Source: an uncultured Gemmatimonadota bacterium
GTDB lineage: Bacteria > SM23-81 > DAOVCL01
Reading direction: 5' to 3'
Length of the DNA: 64,000 nt
NCBI GenBank assembly: GCA_964626665.1
Contig: CAZVGK010000008.1
Span: 31,779-95,778 of the forward strand
In this document: piece by piece, positions 40,601-49,687 of the stretch
Layout of the letters: the number at the start of each line of letters is the position of its first letter
How positions within the stretch are numbered: the first letter of the stretch is position 1
Made by a program: the position numbers and the translations under genes
Notes under the pieces: model-generated
Databases searched by the model: none
What the model saw: the letters and a program-made list of their open reading frames with translations, nothing else
What the model was told of the DNA's origin: nothing

Positions 40601-42692
40601 TTCCCCGATTAAGTTTATCAGGAAGAGGGACGGCAGGTTGAGTCGTTTTGCTAGCGAGAAGATCGAGGAGGCCATATCCAAGGCAATGAAGTCGGTAAAG
40701 GCCTTCGCTCCCCAGGAGGCAGCCAAGGTAACCCATCAGATCGTCACCGTCTTGGAGGTTATCTACAAAGATGGACGCATTCCCACGGTGGAGAATGTGC
40801 AGGACTTAGCGGAGAAAGTGCTCATAGAGAGAGGTGAAGCCGAAGTTGCCAAGGCCTACATCCTCTACCGGGAACAGCATGCTAAACTCAGGCACGCCCG
40901 GGCCCTCTTCTCCGAGGCCCTTGATATAGTTGATCGCTATCTCTCTAAGGAGGATTGGAGGGTACGGGAAAACTCCAATATGAGCTACTCCTTGCAAGGT
41001 TTAAACAACCACATCACCTCGCTGGTTACCGCCCAGTATTGGTTGGAAAGGATATACCCCCAAGAGGTAAGGGAAGCCCACAATCAGGGGGATTTTCATA
41101 TCCATGACTTGGGTCTCCTCTCGGTCTATTGTTGTGGTTGGGACCTGCAGGATCTTCTGCAGAGGGGACTGGGTGGGGTGGCAGGTAAGACCGAGAGCAA
41201 GTCCCCTAAGCATCTTCGGGCAGCCCTGGGACAGGTAGTTAACTTCTTCTACACCCTCCAGGGAGAGGCCGCTGGCGCACAGGCCTTCTCCAATTTCGAT
41301 ACCCTCTTAGCCCCATTTATTCGTTATGATAAGCTTGACCATGGGGAACTGAAGCAGGAGATGCAGGAGTTCCTCTTTAATGTAAACATCCCCACCCGTA
41401 CGGGGTTTCAAACCCCATTTACCAACATCACTATGGATCTTGAGCCCCCAAGCAGCCTCAGGGATGAGTTAGTGATCATCGGGGGGGAACCACAAAAGGA
41501 GACTTACGGTGATTTCCAAGAGGAGATGGACCTCTTCAACCAAGTCTTCTGCGAGCTAATGATGGAGGGAGATGCCAAGGGAAGGATATTCACCTTCCCC
41601 ATACCCACTTACAACATCACCAGGGACTTCAACTGGGACAACCCCAAACGGGATAAACTGTGGGAGATGACCGCCAAGTATGGCACGCCTTACTTCTCCA
41701 ACTTTATCAATTCTGAGATGAGCCCGGATGATGCCCGTTCTATGTGCTGTAGGCTGAGGTTAGACAACAGGGAGCTGCGCAAGCGCGGAGACTTGCTTTC
41801 CCTGAAGATCTCCTCAACTCAGAAACAGGAGAGAGCCACTTATCGAGGTGGTGGCCTCTTTGGGGCCAACCCGCTTACCGGCAGCATTGGAGTGGTGACG
41901 ATCAACCTTCCCCGCTTGGGATACCTCTCCTCCACCCCAGAGGAGTTCTACGACCGCCTCTTGGGGCTAATGGAGATAGCCAAGGTGAGCTTGGAGATTA
42001 AGAGGAAAGTGCTGGAAAGGTTCACTGAGGAGGGCCTCTACCCTTATTCCAAAGTCTATTTGGAGGCCATTAAGGGTAGCTTTGGCAGCTGGTGGGCCAA
42101 TCACTTCTCTACCATCGGCATTGTAGGGATGAATGAGGCCTCAGTAAACCTTTTAGGGGTGGATATCGGCACTGAGAAGGGGAGGGATTTCGCTATCCGG
42201 ACGCTTAAGTTTATGCGCCAACAACTCTCCCATTTCTCCCAGGAGAGCGGTAATCTCTACAACTTAGAGGCCACCCCAGCGGAAGGGACCTCCTACAGGC
42301 TGGCTCGTTTGGACAGGGAGCAGTATACCGATATCTTCACCCAGGGTGATGAAGAACCTTATTACACCAACTCCTCGCAGCTACCTGTGGGCTATACAGA
42401 CGATCTCTTCACTGCCTTGAGCCTCCAGGATCCCCTGCAGACCATCTATACCGGGGGAACTGTCTTCCACTCCTATGTGGGAGAGAAAATAGAGGATCCC
42501 CGGGTGTGCAAAGCCTTGGTAAAGAGAATAGCCGAAAACTTTAAGCTTCCCTACTACACCATCACCCCCACCTTCAGCATCTGCCCTGTTCACGGCTATA
42601 TACCAGGAGAGCATCAATTCTGCCCCTACGAACACACCCCAGAGGAGTTAGAAAGATATGGGGTAGAAACATTGGAAGAGGTTGGTACCTAA
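40587..42692 (+). CDS. nrdD: Class III anaerobic ribonucleotide reductase catalytic subunit with ATP cone, lacking the C-terminal glycyl-radical motif
   Basis: ATP cone (KRDGR...VENVQD), [35 protein letters not shown]...CP; no RxxGY motif. Confidence 0.93.
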   Translation: MPKLDSPIKFIRKRDGRLSRFASEKIEEAISKAMKSVKAFAPQEAAKVTHQIVTVLEVIYKDGRIPTVENVQDLAEKVLIERGEAEVAKAYILYREQHAKLRHARALFSEALDIVDRYLSKEDWRVRENSNMSYSLQGLNNHITSLVTAQYWLERIYPQEVREAHNQGDFHIHDLGLLSVYCCGWDLQDLLQRGLGGVAGKTESKSPKHLRAALGQVVNFFYTLQGEAAGAQAFSNFDTLLAPFIRYDKLDHGELKQEMQEFLFNVNIPTRTGFQTPFTNITMDLEPPSSLRDELVIIGGEPQKETYGDFQEEMDLFNQVFCELMMEGDAKGRIFTFPIPTYNITRDFNWDNPKRDKLWEMTAKYGTPYFSNFINSEMSPDDARSMCCRLRLDNRELRKRGDLLSLKISSTQKQERATYRGGGLFGANPLTGSIGVVTINLPRLGYLSSTPEEFYDRLLGLMEIAKVSLEIKRKVLERFTEEGLYPYSKVYLEAIKGSFGSWWANHFSTIGIVGMNEASVNLLGVDIGTEKGRDFAIRTLKFMRQQLSHFSQESGNLYNLEATPAEGTSYRLARLDREQYTDIFTQGDEEPYYTNSSQLPVGYTDDLFTALSLQDPLQTIYTGGTVFHSYVGEKIEDPRVCKALVKRIAENFKLPYYTITPTFSICPVHGYIPGEHQFCPYEHTPEELERYGVETLEEVGT

Positions 42693-42879
42693 CCTGGATT
42701 ATTCACAGACCAATGATGGATTATCCTAATACCTTGATATTTAATGGTTTGTGTTTTGCTCTGTAGGGACAGACATTTATGTCTGTCCGTTATCCTTGGA
42801 CTCCGATAAGTTGGAGTCTACAGCAAGAAGCCACAGCGATTTGAGATGTCACCTGCGAATTTATGAATAATTCTGGCTA
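42690..42879. mobile_element. MITE-like element, family A, copy 3 (REP doublet 42763-42821)
   Basis: TAACCTGGATTATTCACAGA ... TTTATGAATAATTCTGGCTA; left end overlaps the nrdD stop. Confidence 0.7.
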
Positions 42880-42897
42880 AAGGAAAGGAGAAAAAAA

Positions 42898-43068
42898 ATG
42901 GAGACCGCTGTAAAGGAAAACAAAGAAGTAAAGACCACAAGCAGGATAGTGAAGAAAGTTCCCTGTGAGGTCTATAGTCGGGTGGTGGGCTACTATCGTC
43001 CAGTGACCAACTGGAATCTGGGGAAACAGCAGGAGTTTAAGGAGAGGAAAACATTTAAGCTGAAATAG
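42898..43068 (+). CDS. Stand-alone NrdD glycyl-radical domain (56 aa; absent from the ORF track)
   Basis: METAVKENKEVKTTSRIVKKVPCEVYSRVVGYYRPVTNWNLGKQQEFKERKTFKLK; own RBS AAAGGAG. Confidence 0.9.
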   Translation: METAVKENKEVKTTSRIVKKVPCEVYSRVVGYYRPVTNWNLGKQQEFKERKTFKLK

Positions 43069-43332
43069 ATCAGCGAGACTGTAATCAGATAATCAGATGA
43101 TTAAAACCGCAAAAGTCTCTTGACTATTGAGAGGGTAAAGGGGAGCTCCTGCCGGGCGATTTCGGATTAAAGGGATGCCCCCTTTTTGCGATTTTTTCCT
43201 TTTGCCAGCAGCGGAAACTGAAGGGCATTGGCATACCATAAAAACCGAGTTGAGACCAAGCTCGAGAGTCATAGCAAGTCACCAAGCAAAATAGGAGGCC
43301 ATAACCAATGAATCAAGATAAAGGGGTATGAA

Positions 43333-44436
43333 ATGGAAGGATTTATTTCGGCATATCATCTGAGCAGTAAAATAGGTCGAGAAATTGCAGCTATTAAAGA
43401 AATGCCTGAGGCTTGGAGCAACCCAACATTTCTCCCAAATCTATTCTCAAATCCTGGCCCATTATTCCTATACGACAAACTCTACCTTGATCAAAGAAGT
43501 TATGAAGACTTTTACAATGAACTGTCCGACGCACTTAGAAAAGTTGTAAGAACCTACGTTGAATCCAACGAACTCGGTATTTTTGAACTCATAAATGTGG
43601 AATCACTTCTATCTGGGGAAGAGGGGGACGTATTTGAAGTTGAGAAAGGCTTCAAGGAACTATATGAGGACACCCAGTTTGTAGAAACTGTTTCAGCAAT
43701 TCAATCCCGTCGGGGTGATTACGCCAGGCCGGCACCACTAAAGTTTGAGGCGATGAATATACCTGTTATTGAACTCTTGTGCAAAAGGTGGTCAGATAAA
43801 TTGCACAAAGATTTAGCTGTAGTAGATGAAGTAGAACGGGCGTTGCTGTACAAGATTAGCTGGCAGAAGAAGTTTTCGAGAACAATAATCCCAGAAATTT
43901 CCAGGCTTGTAATCGATTTAACACCCAAATTCTTCGCTATAATCCCCCAAGAAGACAATTGGAATATCGATACTATCCGAAGAATTCGAGAAAACGGACA
44001 CTTGACGGAATATCGAAAGAAGATAGAAAGGATAGCCAAAAAAGCAGCTAAGAAGTTTGAAAAATACATTAATGAAACTAACCTCCCTAAGAAATGGGAT
44101 CAGAGCTACAGTTTGGATATATTAGATAAATTGGAGGGATTTCTGGAATCAATACAGTCTGATATTTTTGATCAACTCGCCAATAGCCATGCTGAATTGC
44201 AAAATCGCCTCACAGTGAACCGATGGTCGGTTTTAGGAGAGGTTACTGGTTTTACAGGCACAGTAGTATCACCGGTTAATTATCCTTTAGGAGTTGCACT
44301 TGGAGTTGCTGGCAGAGTGTTGGGGTTAACCGAGCACACAATCAACTACTTCAAAAAGAAACGTTGTGGTTGGGTGGAATTTTTGGAGGTTGTTTCAAGA
44401 GAAATGAAACGAGATACTTTACATAATGAAAGTTAG
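43333..44436 (+). CDS. Hypothetical protein (low GC) with C-terminal Gly-rich hydrophobic hairpin
   Basis: 367-aa ORF; VLGEVTGFTGTVVSPVNYPLGVALGVAGRVLG; no family recognised. Confidence 0.6.
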   Translation: MEGFISAYHLSSKIGREIAAIKEMPEAWSNPTFLPNLFSNPGPLFLYDKLYLDQRSYEDFYNELSDALRKVVRTYVESNELGIFELINVESLLSGEEGDVFEVEKGFKELYEDTQFVETVSAIQSRRGDYARPAPLKFEAMNIPVIELLCKRWSDKLHKDLAVVDEVERALLYKISWQKKFSRTIIPEISRLVIDLTPKFFAIIPQEDNWNIDTIRRIRENGHLTEYRKKIERIAKKAAKKFEKYINETNLPKKWDQSYSLDILDKLEGFLESIQSDIFDQLANSHAELQNRLTVNRWSVLGEVTGFTGTVVSPVNYPLGVALGVAGRVLGLTEHTINYFKKKRCGWVEFLEVVSREMKRDTLHNES

Positions 44437-44571
44437 GCAAAAAGTTAAAAATTGCTCTTGGACATTGCAAACATTAATACGGCTCCTTTGATATGAATAT
44501 GTTAAAGGAATTGAAGTGGCTTTCTTAGCGCACCCAAAAACGATTACCCTGAATTTGTGAGGTATAACACT

Positions 44572-46065
44572 ATGAAAACTTTTTTTATCATCCTGATGAT
44601 TTTCTTAGTGATATTTCCGGGGCTAAGAACCATCGGCAATACAACCCGTTTACAGAATCACACTCTTAAAGACGTAAAGCTATTAAACTCTCACATTGAT
44701 TCATTAAGAGTTGTCTATTTTGAGCTTTTAGATGAAAGAGAGCAAATTAAACATACTAATCCAGATTTTTTCCGGTCAAGCTATATCACGATTCCGGAAT
44801 TGAAACCAATGATACCTTATGCGCCTTTTCAGAAAATGCCTTTCTCTACAATCCAAATTAGAAAAAAGAAAAATTCCCGAAATGCGGGGTTGGCTCTCAT
44901 GGGATGCTTCACATTTTTGTGGGGATTGGGCTCTTATATTGAGAAAAATCCAGGCGGGTCTTACGAGGAGGGGGAGAAAGAGAAGGCGCGAAAAAGCGCT
45001 AAAACCTTAAAGAATATCGGAATATACTTGACTTCGCCAACAGCTATAGTTACGGCCTTGATTCAACTTGACTATAGTAATGCAAAACGGGAAAATGCCA
45101 AGTCTCAGAAAGAAAACTTGAATTTGAGAAAGGCAAACGAAACAATCAAAAAATTGAATGATCGCATTCGAGAACGCAATAGGCAATTTATAATAACTGC
45201 TATAAACAGCAAGCTAGATCTTTTGACAAAGGAAATAAAGGCATCCTATACACAATTAGAGAAGAACATTTCTAAGATTTCTCTTAATCCACGCGTATCA
45301 GTTTGGATTTCTCCAATCAACCAAAAAGCACGGGTGTTCTTTCCCAATGATTCTATTGAGATTTTCCCCAATCTTAGTGCACAGGTTAGACCAGTATTTG
45401 AAATACCACATAATACCAGACTGAGAATGAGGAAATATCAAGAAATTGAACAGTCTTTTATAAATTGGGTTAAAGTTGAGCTATCAGATGGAAGAAATGG
45501 ATGGGTAAAAGGTTATTATTTGGATTTTGCAGACCCAGAAACTGCACTAAGGTGGGTTAAGACCTATAGGGCTAACCTTCGTGAAAAGCCGTCGAAACAA
45601 TCGAAGGTCCTTTTTACCCTGGAAAAGGGGGATAGTGTAGAGGCGGAATTGCAAAGGAAGAAATGGGTTAAAGTAACATACACTCATTCTGAGTCCGATC
45701 TATATTCTTTCGAGGAGGGAAAAGAGACAATAGCAGGATGGATTTTCGCTGGTCTATTGTCGGAGAATAAGGTGCAACCTTTAAGCTTTTACGAAGAAGA
45801 ACAAATAGCGGATCAACGTAGGAGAGAAGCAAACCTCAAAAGTCATCCCGAGTGGCCTAAAAGATTTAGAGAGGCCATTCGCGAAGGCAAAATAATGATT
45901 GGTATGACTAAGGAAATGGTTGAGGCAGCTTGGGGTTATCCAAGTGACACAAATGAAGGATACAGTATAGGTACTGGCAGTTATGCAGTATGGTGGTACC
46001 GCTACATGGATGAGTATATAATGGTTGATTTCAGCGACGGCGTAGTGACAGGATGGTCAAAATGA
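44572..46065 (+). CDS. Membrane/secreted protein with SH3-like domains and a C-terminal SmpA/BamE-like domain
   Basis: Signal peptide, two TM segments, coiled coil; WVKVELSDGRNGWV; ANLREKPS...KGD...WVKV...GWI; IGMTKEMVEAAWGYP. Confidence 0.6.
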   Translation: MKTFFIILMIFLVIFPGLRTIGNTTRLQNHTLKDVKLLNSHIDSLRVVYFELLDEREQIKHTNPDFFRSSYITIPELKPMIPYAPFQKMPFSTIQIRKKKNSRNAGLALMGCFTFLWGLGSYIEKNPGGSYEEGEKEKARKSAKTLKNIGIYLTSPTAIVTALIQLDYSNAKRENAKSQKENLNLRKANETIKKLNDRIRERNRQFIITAINSKLDLLTKEIKASYTQLEKNISKISLNPRVSVWISPINQKARVFFPNDSIEIFPNLSAQVRPVFEIPHNTRLRMRKYQEIEQSFINWVKVELSDGRNGWVKGYYLDFADPETALRWVKTYRANLREKPSKQSKVLFTLEKGDSVEAELQRKKWVKVTYTHSESDLYSFEEGKETIAGWIFAGLLSENKVQPLSFYEEEQIADQRRREANLKSHPEWPKRFREAIREGKIMIGMTKEMVEAAWGYPSDTNEGYSIGTGSYAVWWYRYMDEYIMVDFSDGVVTGWSK

Positions 46066-46251
46066 ACTATGTCTATTTCGCCAGTTACTTTCTCGAAAGT
46101 TGAAAACGAATATAGTTTAACGGTTAACTGAGGTTAAATTGTTACTAATAACCTTTTTGCTTCGTTAACAACCCCGATAACAACTCGGGGCTTTTACCCC
46201 TCAACGCGCCGTAATGCTTCATTTAAGATCAACAAAAATCAAGGCACAAAA

Positions 46252-46974
46252 ATGAGAGGGAACTTATCTGAGAAGGAAATTGTAGATACCTATGAAATGA
46301 TATGCACTTATTACGATAGGCATCTAAAGGATTATGGAGTTAAATTACCAAGGCTAAGAGGAACAAAGGGATTTACAAAGGATGCTCTTATTCTAATTTA
46401 CCTCGCACGGGGCTATCCGGAGACAAGGAAAGTCACCAAGCAAGAGTTGACCGAGTTTATCCGTGGCTTTTATCCAAGAACCAACGACGTCCAACAGGCC
46501 CGACACCTTGGCGCCCAGAATGGATGGTTTATTGCCGCAGGTGGCCGCGACAACAGGGGGGTAGATCTTCGGCGGGGTGAGTATCAGCTTATAACCTTAG
46601 AGAAACCTTATCCAGCCTTTCACGGGCACCGTGTAGAGGAAACAGATGATTGGGAAAGTCTAAAGGAGCAGTATGGATATAGGTGTGCTACCTGCGGGTC
46701 AAGAGAGGGGGAACCCAATATCCATTATCCCAATACTGTGACGAGACTCCAGAAAAGCCACAAAGATCCAAACAAACCCTTAGTCCCAGGGAATATCATC
46801 CCACAATGTCAAAAGTGTAATCGGGCAGATAGGAACAATTGGGTCTATGATGAGAGAGGCCGTGTAATAAAATTGGCTAATCCCAATGTGATAAAGAGGT
46901 CAGATAGGGAAATTAGATGGAAGGTTTACGAAATACTGTATCGAGAATTCGGAGGGGAGAACCCCAATGAATAG
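46252..46974 (+). CDS. HNH (beta-beta-alpha-Me) endonuclease, probable type II restriction enzyme
   Basis: CATC...SHKDP...GNIIPQCQKCN; overlaps the start of a DNA methyltransferase gene. Confidence 0.75.
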   Translation: MRGNLSEKEIVDTYEMICTYYDRHLKDYGVKLPRLRGTKGFTKDALILIYLARGYPETRKVTKQELTEFIRGFYPRTNDVQQARHLGAQNGWFIAAGGRDNRGVDLRRGEYQLITLEKPYPAFHGHRVEETDDWESLKEQYGYRCATCGSREGEPNIHYPNTVTRLQKSHKDPNKPLVPGNIIPQCQKCNRADRNNWVYDERGRVIKLANPNVIKRSDREIRWKVYEILYREFGGENPNE

Positions 46975-47983
46975 GGAAATGTTAAACAAAATCATATTAG
47001 GTGATGCCCAAAAAGTGTTGCCCAAAATCCAAAGCAATTCGATAGATCTTGTGTTAACGGATCCTCCTTACTTTTTGGATAAAATGGATAATAGCTGGAA
47101 CCATAAGACTGTTTCAACCATAACCGATTATTGCCATACTGTAAGATCACTTCCTCCGGGAATGAAGTTTGATAAAGAGCAGGGGAAAAGGTTCTATAAA
47201 TGGTACTTTGAAATATCAGAGGAGTTATCCAGGGTCTTAAAACCGGGAGGTTTCTTCTTCTCGTTTTCCAGCCCACGGCTTTATCACAGAATGGTTTCTG
47301 CAATCGATGATGCCGGCTTCTTAATAAGAGACTGCTTTATCTGGCTTTATACGCAGAATCAACCCAAGGCTATGTCGCTTAATCATTTTATTGACAAATT
47401 AGATCGGGATAAAAAAACTAAAATTGAATTGAAAGAAAAACTAAACGGTTGGAAAACCCCTCAGATAAAATCTTGCTTCGAGCCGATTGTAATGGCTCAA
47501 AAGGAGTATAAGAGAACATTCCTAAATAATATGTTGAAATACAATGTTGGATTGTTGAACACGAATGTGAAAATTGGCCAAAATATGTTTCCTTCAAATG
47601 TAATGACGACACAGGAAATTGATGGATCGATAGATAAATATTTTCTTCTACCTAAACCAACTAAAGAAGAAAAGGGCGAGTTTAATATACATAAAACCGT
47701 GAAGCCCTTGGCTATATGTGAGTATATAATTAAGCTAACAACTTTTTCAGAAGATGCGATTGTTTTGGACCCCTTTATAGGAAGTGGAACAACTGCTGTC
47801 GCCGCGAAAAAGTTGGGGAGAAATTTTATTGGGATTGATACTAATCCCGAGTATATAGAAATTGCATTGAAAAGGCTGCAGACTGTTGAAAAAGGAAAGG
47901 TCCAAAGCTATAAGAGCAAAAAATTGACAATGCAACTTACCCTTCTTGAAGAAAAGGGCAGATATTTAGGAAAGAAAAAATAA
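46967..47983 (+). CDS. Beta-class N6-adenine/N4-cytosine DNA methyltransferase
   Basis: TDPPY (motif IV) N-terminal; HKTVKP; DPFIGSGTT (motif I) C-terminal. Confidence 0.92.
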   Translation: MNREMLNKIILGDAQKVLPKIQSNSIDLVLTDPPYFLDKMDNSWNHKTVSTITDYCHTVRSLPPGMKFDKEQGKRFYKWYFEISEELSRVLKPGGFFFSFSSPRLYHRMVSAIDDAGFLIRDCFIWLYTQNQPKAMSLNHFIDKLDRDKKTKIELKEKLNGWKTPQIKSCFEPIVMAQKEYKRTFLNNMLKYNVGLLNTNVKIGQNMFPSNVMTTQEIDGSIDKYFLLPKPTKEEKGEFNIHKTVKPLAICEYIIKLTTFSEDAIVLDPFIGSGTTAVAAKKLGRNFIGIDTNPEYIEIALKRLQTVEKGKVQSYKSKKLTMQLTLLEEKGRYLGKKK

Positions 47984-48212
47984 TGAGATCAAAGGGGTAA
48001 GAGATAGGTTGTTGTCGATTTCGAGAAATGTTTGGTGAAGTGGTAGTAGAGATCTTCCACAATTCTGAGCCCCTCCCCCACCCCAGATCGGCCACATAGC
48101 CTCTGGTTAGACTCAGATCCCATGGGAAATCCAGAAATATCTGCCTATAGGCGTCTTCCCCCAAGATCGCCACACCGGTTGCCAAGGGGGTGTCTCCATT
48201 AACTCTCGGCTC

Positions 48213-48496
48213 TCTGTACTACAATCCTGCAAGATCTTGTTTTTTGAGACACACGTTCAGGGTCCCTTGAGTACAAAACTTCTACCGCACTTTAGTGCGG
48301 GTTAAGGGCCTTTAGGCCCCCAAGAGTATTGCATCACGAGCCGTCAGATCCCCTGATCTGGCGGTATGAATGTGGCAGAAGAAGGCTTCTGCCACCTCAG
48401 TGATTCTCATTCGCGTAGATTCGTCCATTTGTGTCATTCGTGTTCAATCCGTCTAATCTGTGGCTATTGTCTGGTTACAGCTTTGCCGCGCTGTGA
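48213..48496 (-). repeat. Composite repeat element, family B (inverted relative to 5506-5754)
   Basis: Ends match 5506-5754; interior has CCGCACTTTAGTGCGG and GTGGCAGAA...TTCTGCCAC hairpins. Confidence 0.6.
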
Positions 48497-48542
48497 TTTA
48501 AGCCCATTTCAATCTCTTCTGTAGCAACTTCCATAAAAGTGC

Positions 48543-48571
48543 TTGACATTCCCCTGAGATGACCTTATTAT
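48543..48571 (+). promoter_or_regulatory. sigma70 promoter
   Basis: TTGACA-17bp-TATTAT. Confidence 0.7.
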
Positions 48572-48589
48572 TGAGCAAAAGGAGAGAAG

Positions 48590-48724
48590 ATGGCTACTAC
48601 AAAGAGCAAGCAGAAACGGAAGAGGTTTTTGACCAGGATGAAATGGAAGAGGCGGAGGGAGATGAAAAGGGCACAGATTATAAAGGAAATATCGGCAAGG
48701 AAGAGCGGTAAAAGGGGAGATTAA
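48590..48724 (+). CDS. 44-aa highly basic small protein (absent from the ORF track)
   Basis: MATTKSKQKRKRFLTRMKWKRRREMKRAQIIKEISARKSGKRGD; AAGGAG RBS; own promoter. Confidence 0.65.
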   Translation: MATTKSKQKRKRFLTRMKWKRRREMKRAQIIKEISARKSGKRGD

Positions 48725-48755
48725 CCTCCCCTTTGAGAATCCCACCGTCCCATCC

Positions 48756-48810
48756 TGTCATTTAGACACCATTCTCTGTCATTGCGACTTAGAGTTAAGT
48801 CAAGATGGCA
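48756..48810. promoter_or_regulatory. Three putative enhancer (UAS) sites at 21-bp period
   Basis: TGTCATTTAGACA (48756), TGTCATTGCGACT (48777), AGTCAAGATGGCA (48798). Confidence 0.55.
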
Positions 48811-48910
48811 TCTTCATTTTGGGGGGGGCTCTCCCTCCTCCGAAAAGTGTATCATTTAATCTTCCCATAAAATAATTACTTACAAGATTATTATCAAATA
48901 AAATGCATCT

Positions 48911-48926
48911 TGGCACGGTTTTTGCT
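48911..48926 (+). promoter_or_regulatory. sigma54 -24/-12 promoter of the hsp20-dnaK operon
   Basis: TGGCACGGTTTTTGCT matches TGGCAC-N5-TTGC. Confidence 0.8.
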
Positions 48927-48982
48927 GTTCCTCTGGGCGAAGCTTTCAGAGATAGAAGTAAATAGAAAGGAGGTGGAAGGAA

Positions 48983-49429
48983 ATGGATCTGGTAAGATGG
49001 AGACCATTTAGGGATTTGGCCACTATGCAGGAGGAGATGAACAGGCTCTTTGACCATATGTTCAACAGGCTTCCGGAGGCTAAGGATTTCGGTGAAGGCA
49101 TGTGGTCCCCCTGTGTGGATATCTCTGAAACCAAGGATAACTTGGTGATTACGGCGGAAGTTCCTGGAATGAAAAAGGATGACATCAGGATATCGCTCCA
49201 TGACAACATCCTCACTCTCCGGGGGGAGAAGAAACAGGAGAAGAAGGTGGATGAGGAGAACTACCACCGCATTGAGAGAAGCTACGGCGCCTTTCATCGC
49301 TCCTTTACCCTGCCAACTACCGTCCAGCAAGATCAGGTCAAGGCCAGCTACAAGGACGGTATCCTGCGGATTACCCTGCCGAAGGCAGAAGAGGCCAAAC
49401 CCAAGGAGATAGCCATTGAGGTGAAGTAA
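48983..49429 (+). CDS. Small heat-shock protein (Hsp20/alpha-crystallin)
   Basis: VDISET...AEVPG...RGEK...ERSYGAFHRSFTLP...YKDGIL. Confidence 0.95.
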   Translation: MDLVRWRPFRDLATMQEEMNRLFDHMFNRLPEAKDFGEGMWSPCVDISETKDNLVITAEVPGMKKDDIRISLHDNILTLRGEKKQEKKVDEENYHRIERSYGAFHRSFTLPTTVQQDQVKASYKDGILRITLPKAEEAKPKEIAIEVK

Positions 49430-49687
49430 CCAGGAAGTCTCTCCCCCTGGAAAGATTTCAGGAGGAGAGGCTTATCCATTACTTTGAGTTTAGGAATTAT
49501 TGGATCATCGCAGGAGATCCTATCTTCACCAGGGCTTACTGATCTTAGGACAAAGGAAAAAATGGAGCGGAAATAGGGGAGGAATCAGCAATCAGTTCAC
49601 CGGGCTCAGGGAAAATTCTCCTGATAACTGATGAGGATCTGGCCACTGATCCCGGTGAACTGTTAAAAACTTTAGGAGGTGAACAAA

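Noticed and set aside
42690-42897. Idea that the MITE or an intron caused the nrdD split
   Set aside because: Removing the element leaves a stop, an RBS and an ATG rather than a fused frame; no group I/II intron features are visible
43097-43200. Possible decayed nrdG 5' end (QKSLDY...GCP)
   Set aside because: Needs stops and frameshifts and has no intact CxxxCxxC; too weak without an alignment
43308-43331. 7-codon ORF with a strong AGGAGG upstream of the 367-aa gene
   Set aside because: Could be a leader or an old start, but nothing in the sequence distinguishes it from chance
44432-44438. GTTAGGC integron core-like heptamer
   Set aside because: No inverse core or dyad at a suitable distance
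47937-48185. Minus-strand 82-aa ORF
   Set aside because: No recognisable motif or RBS; bounded by a repeat element; at most a gene fragment
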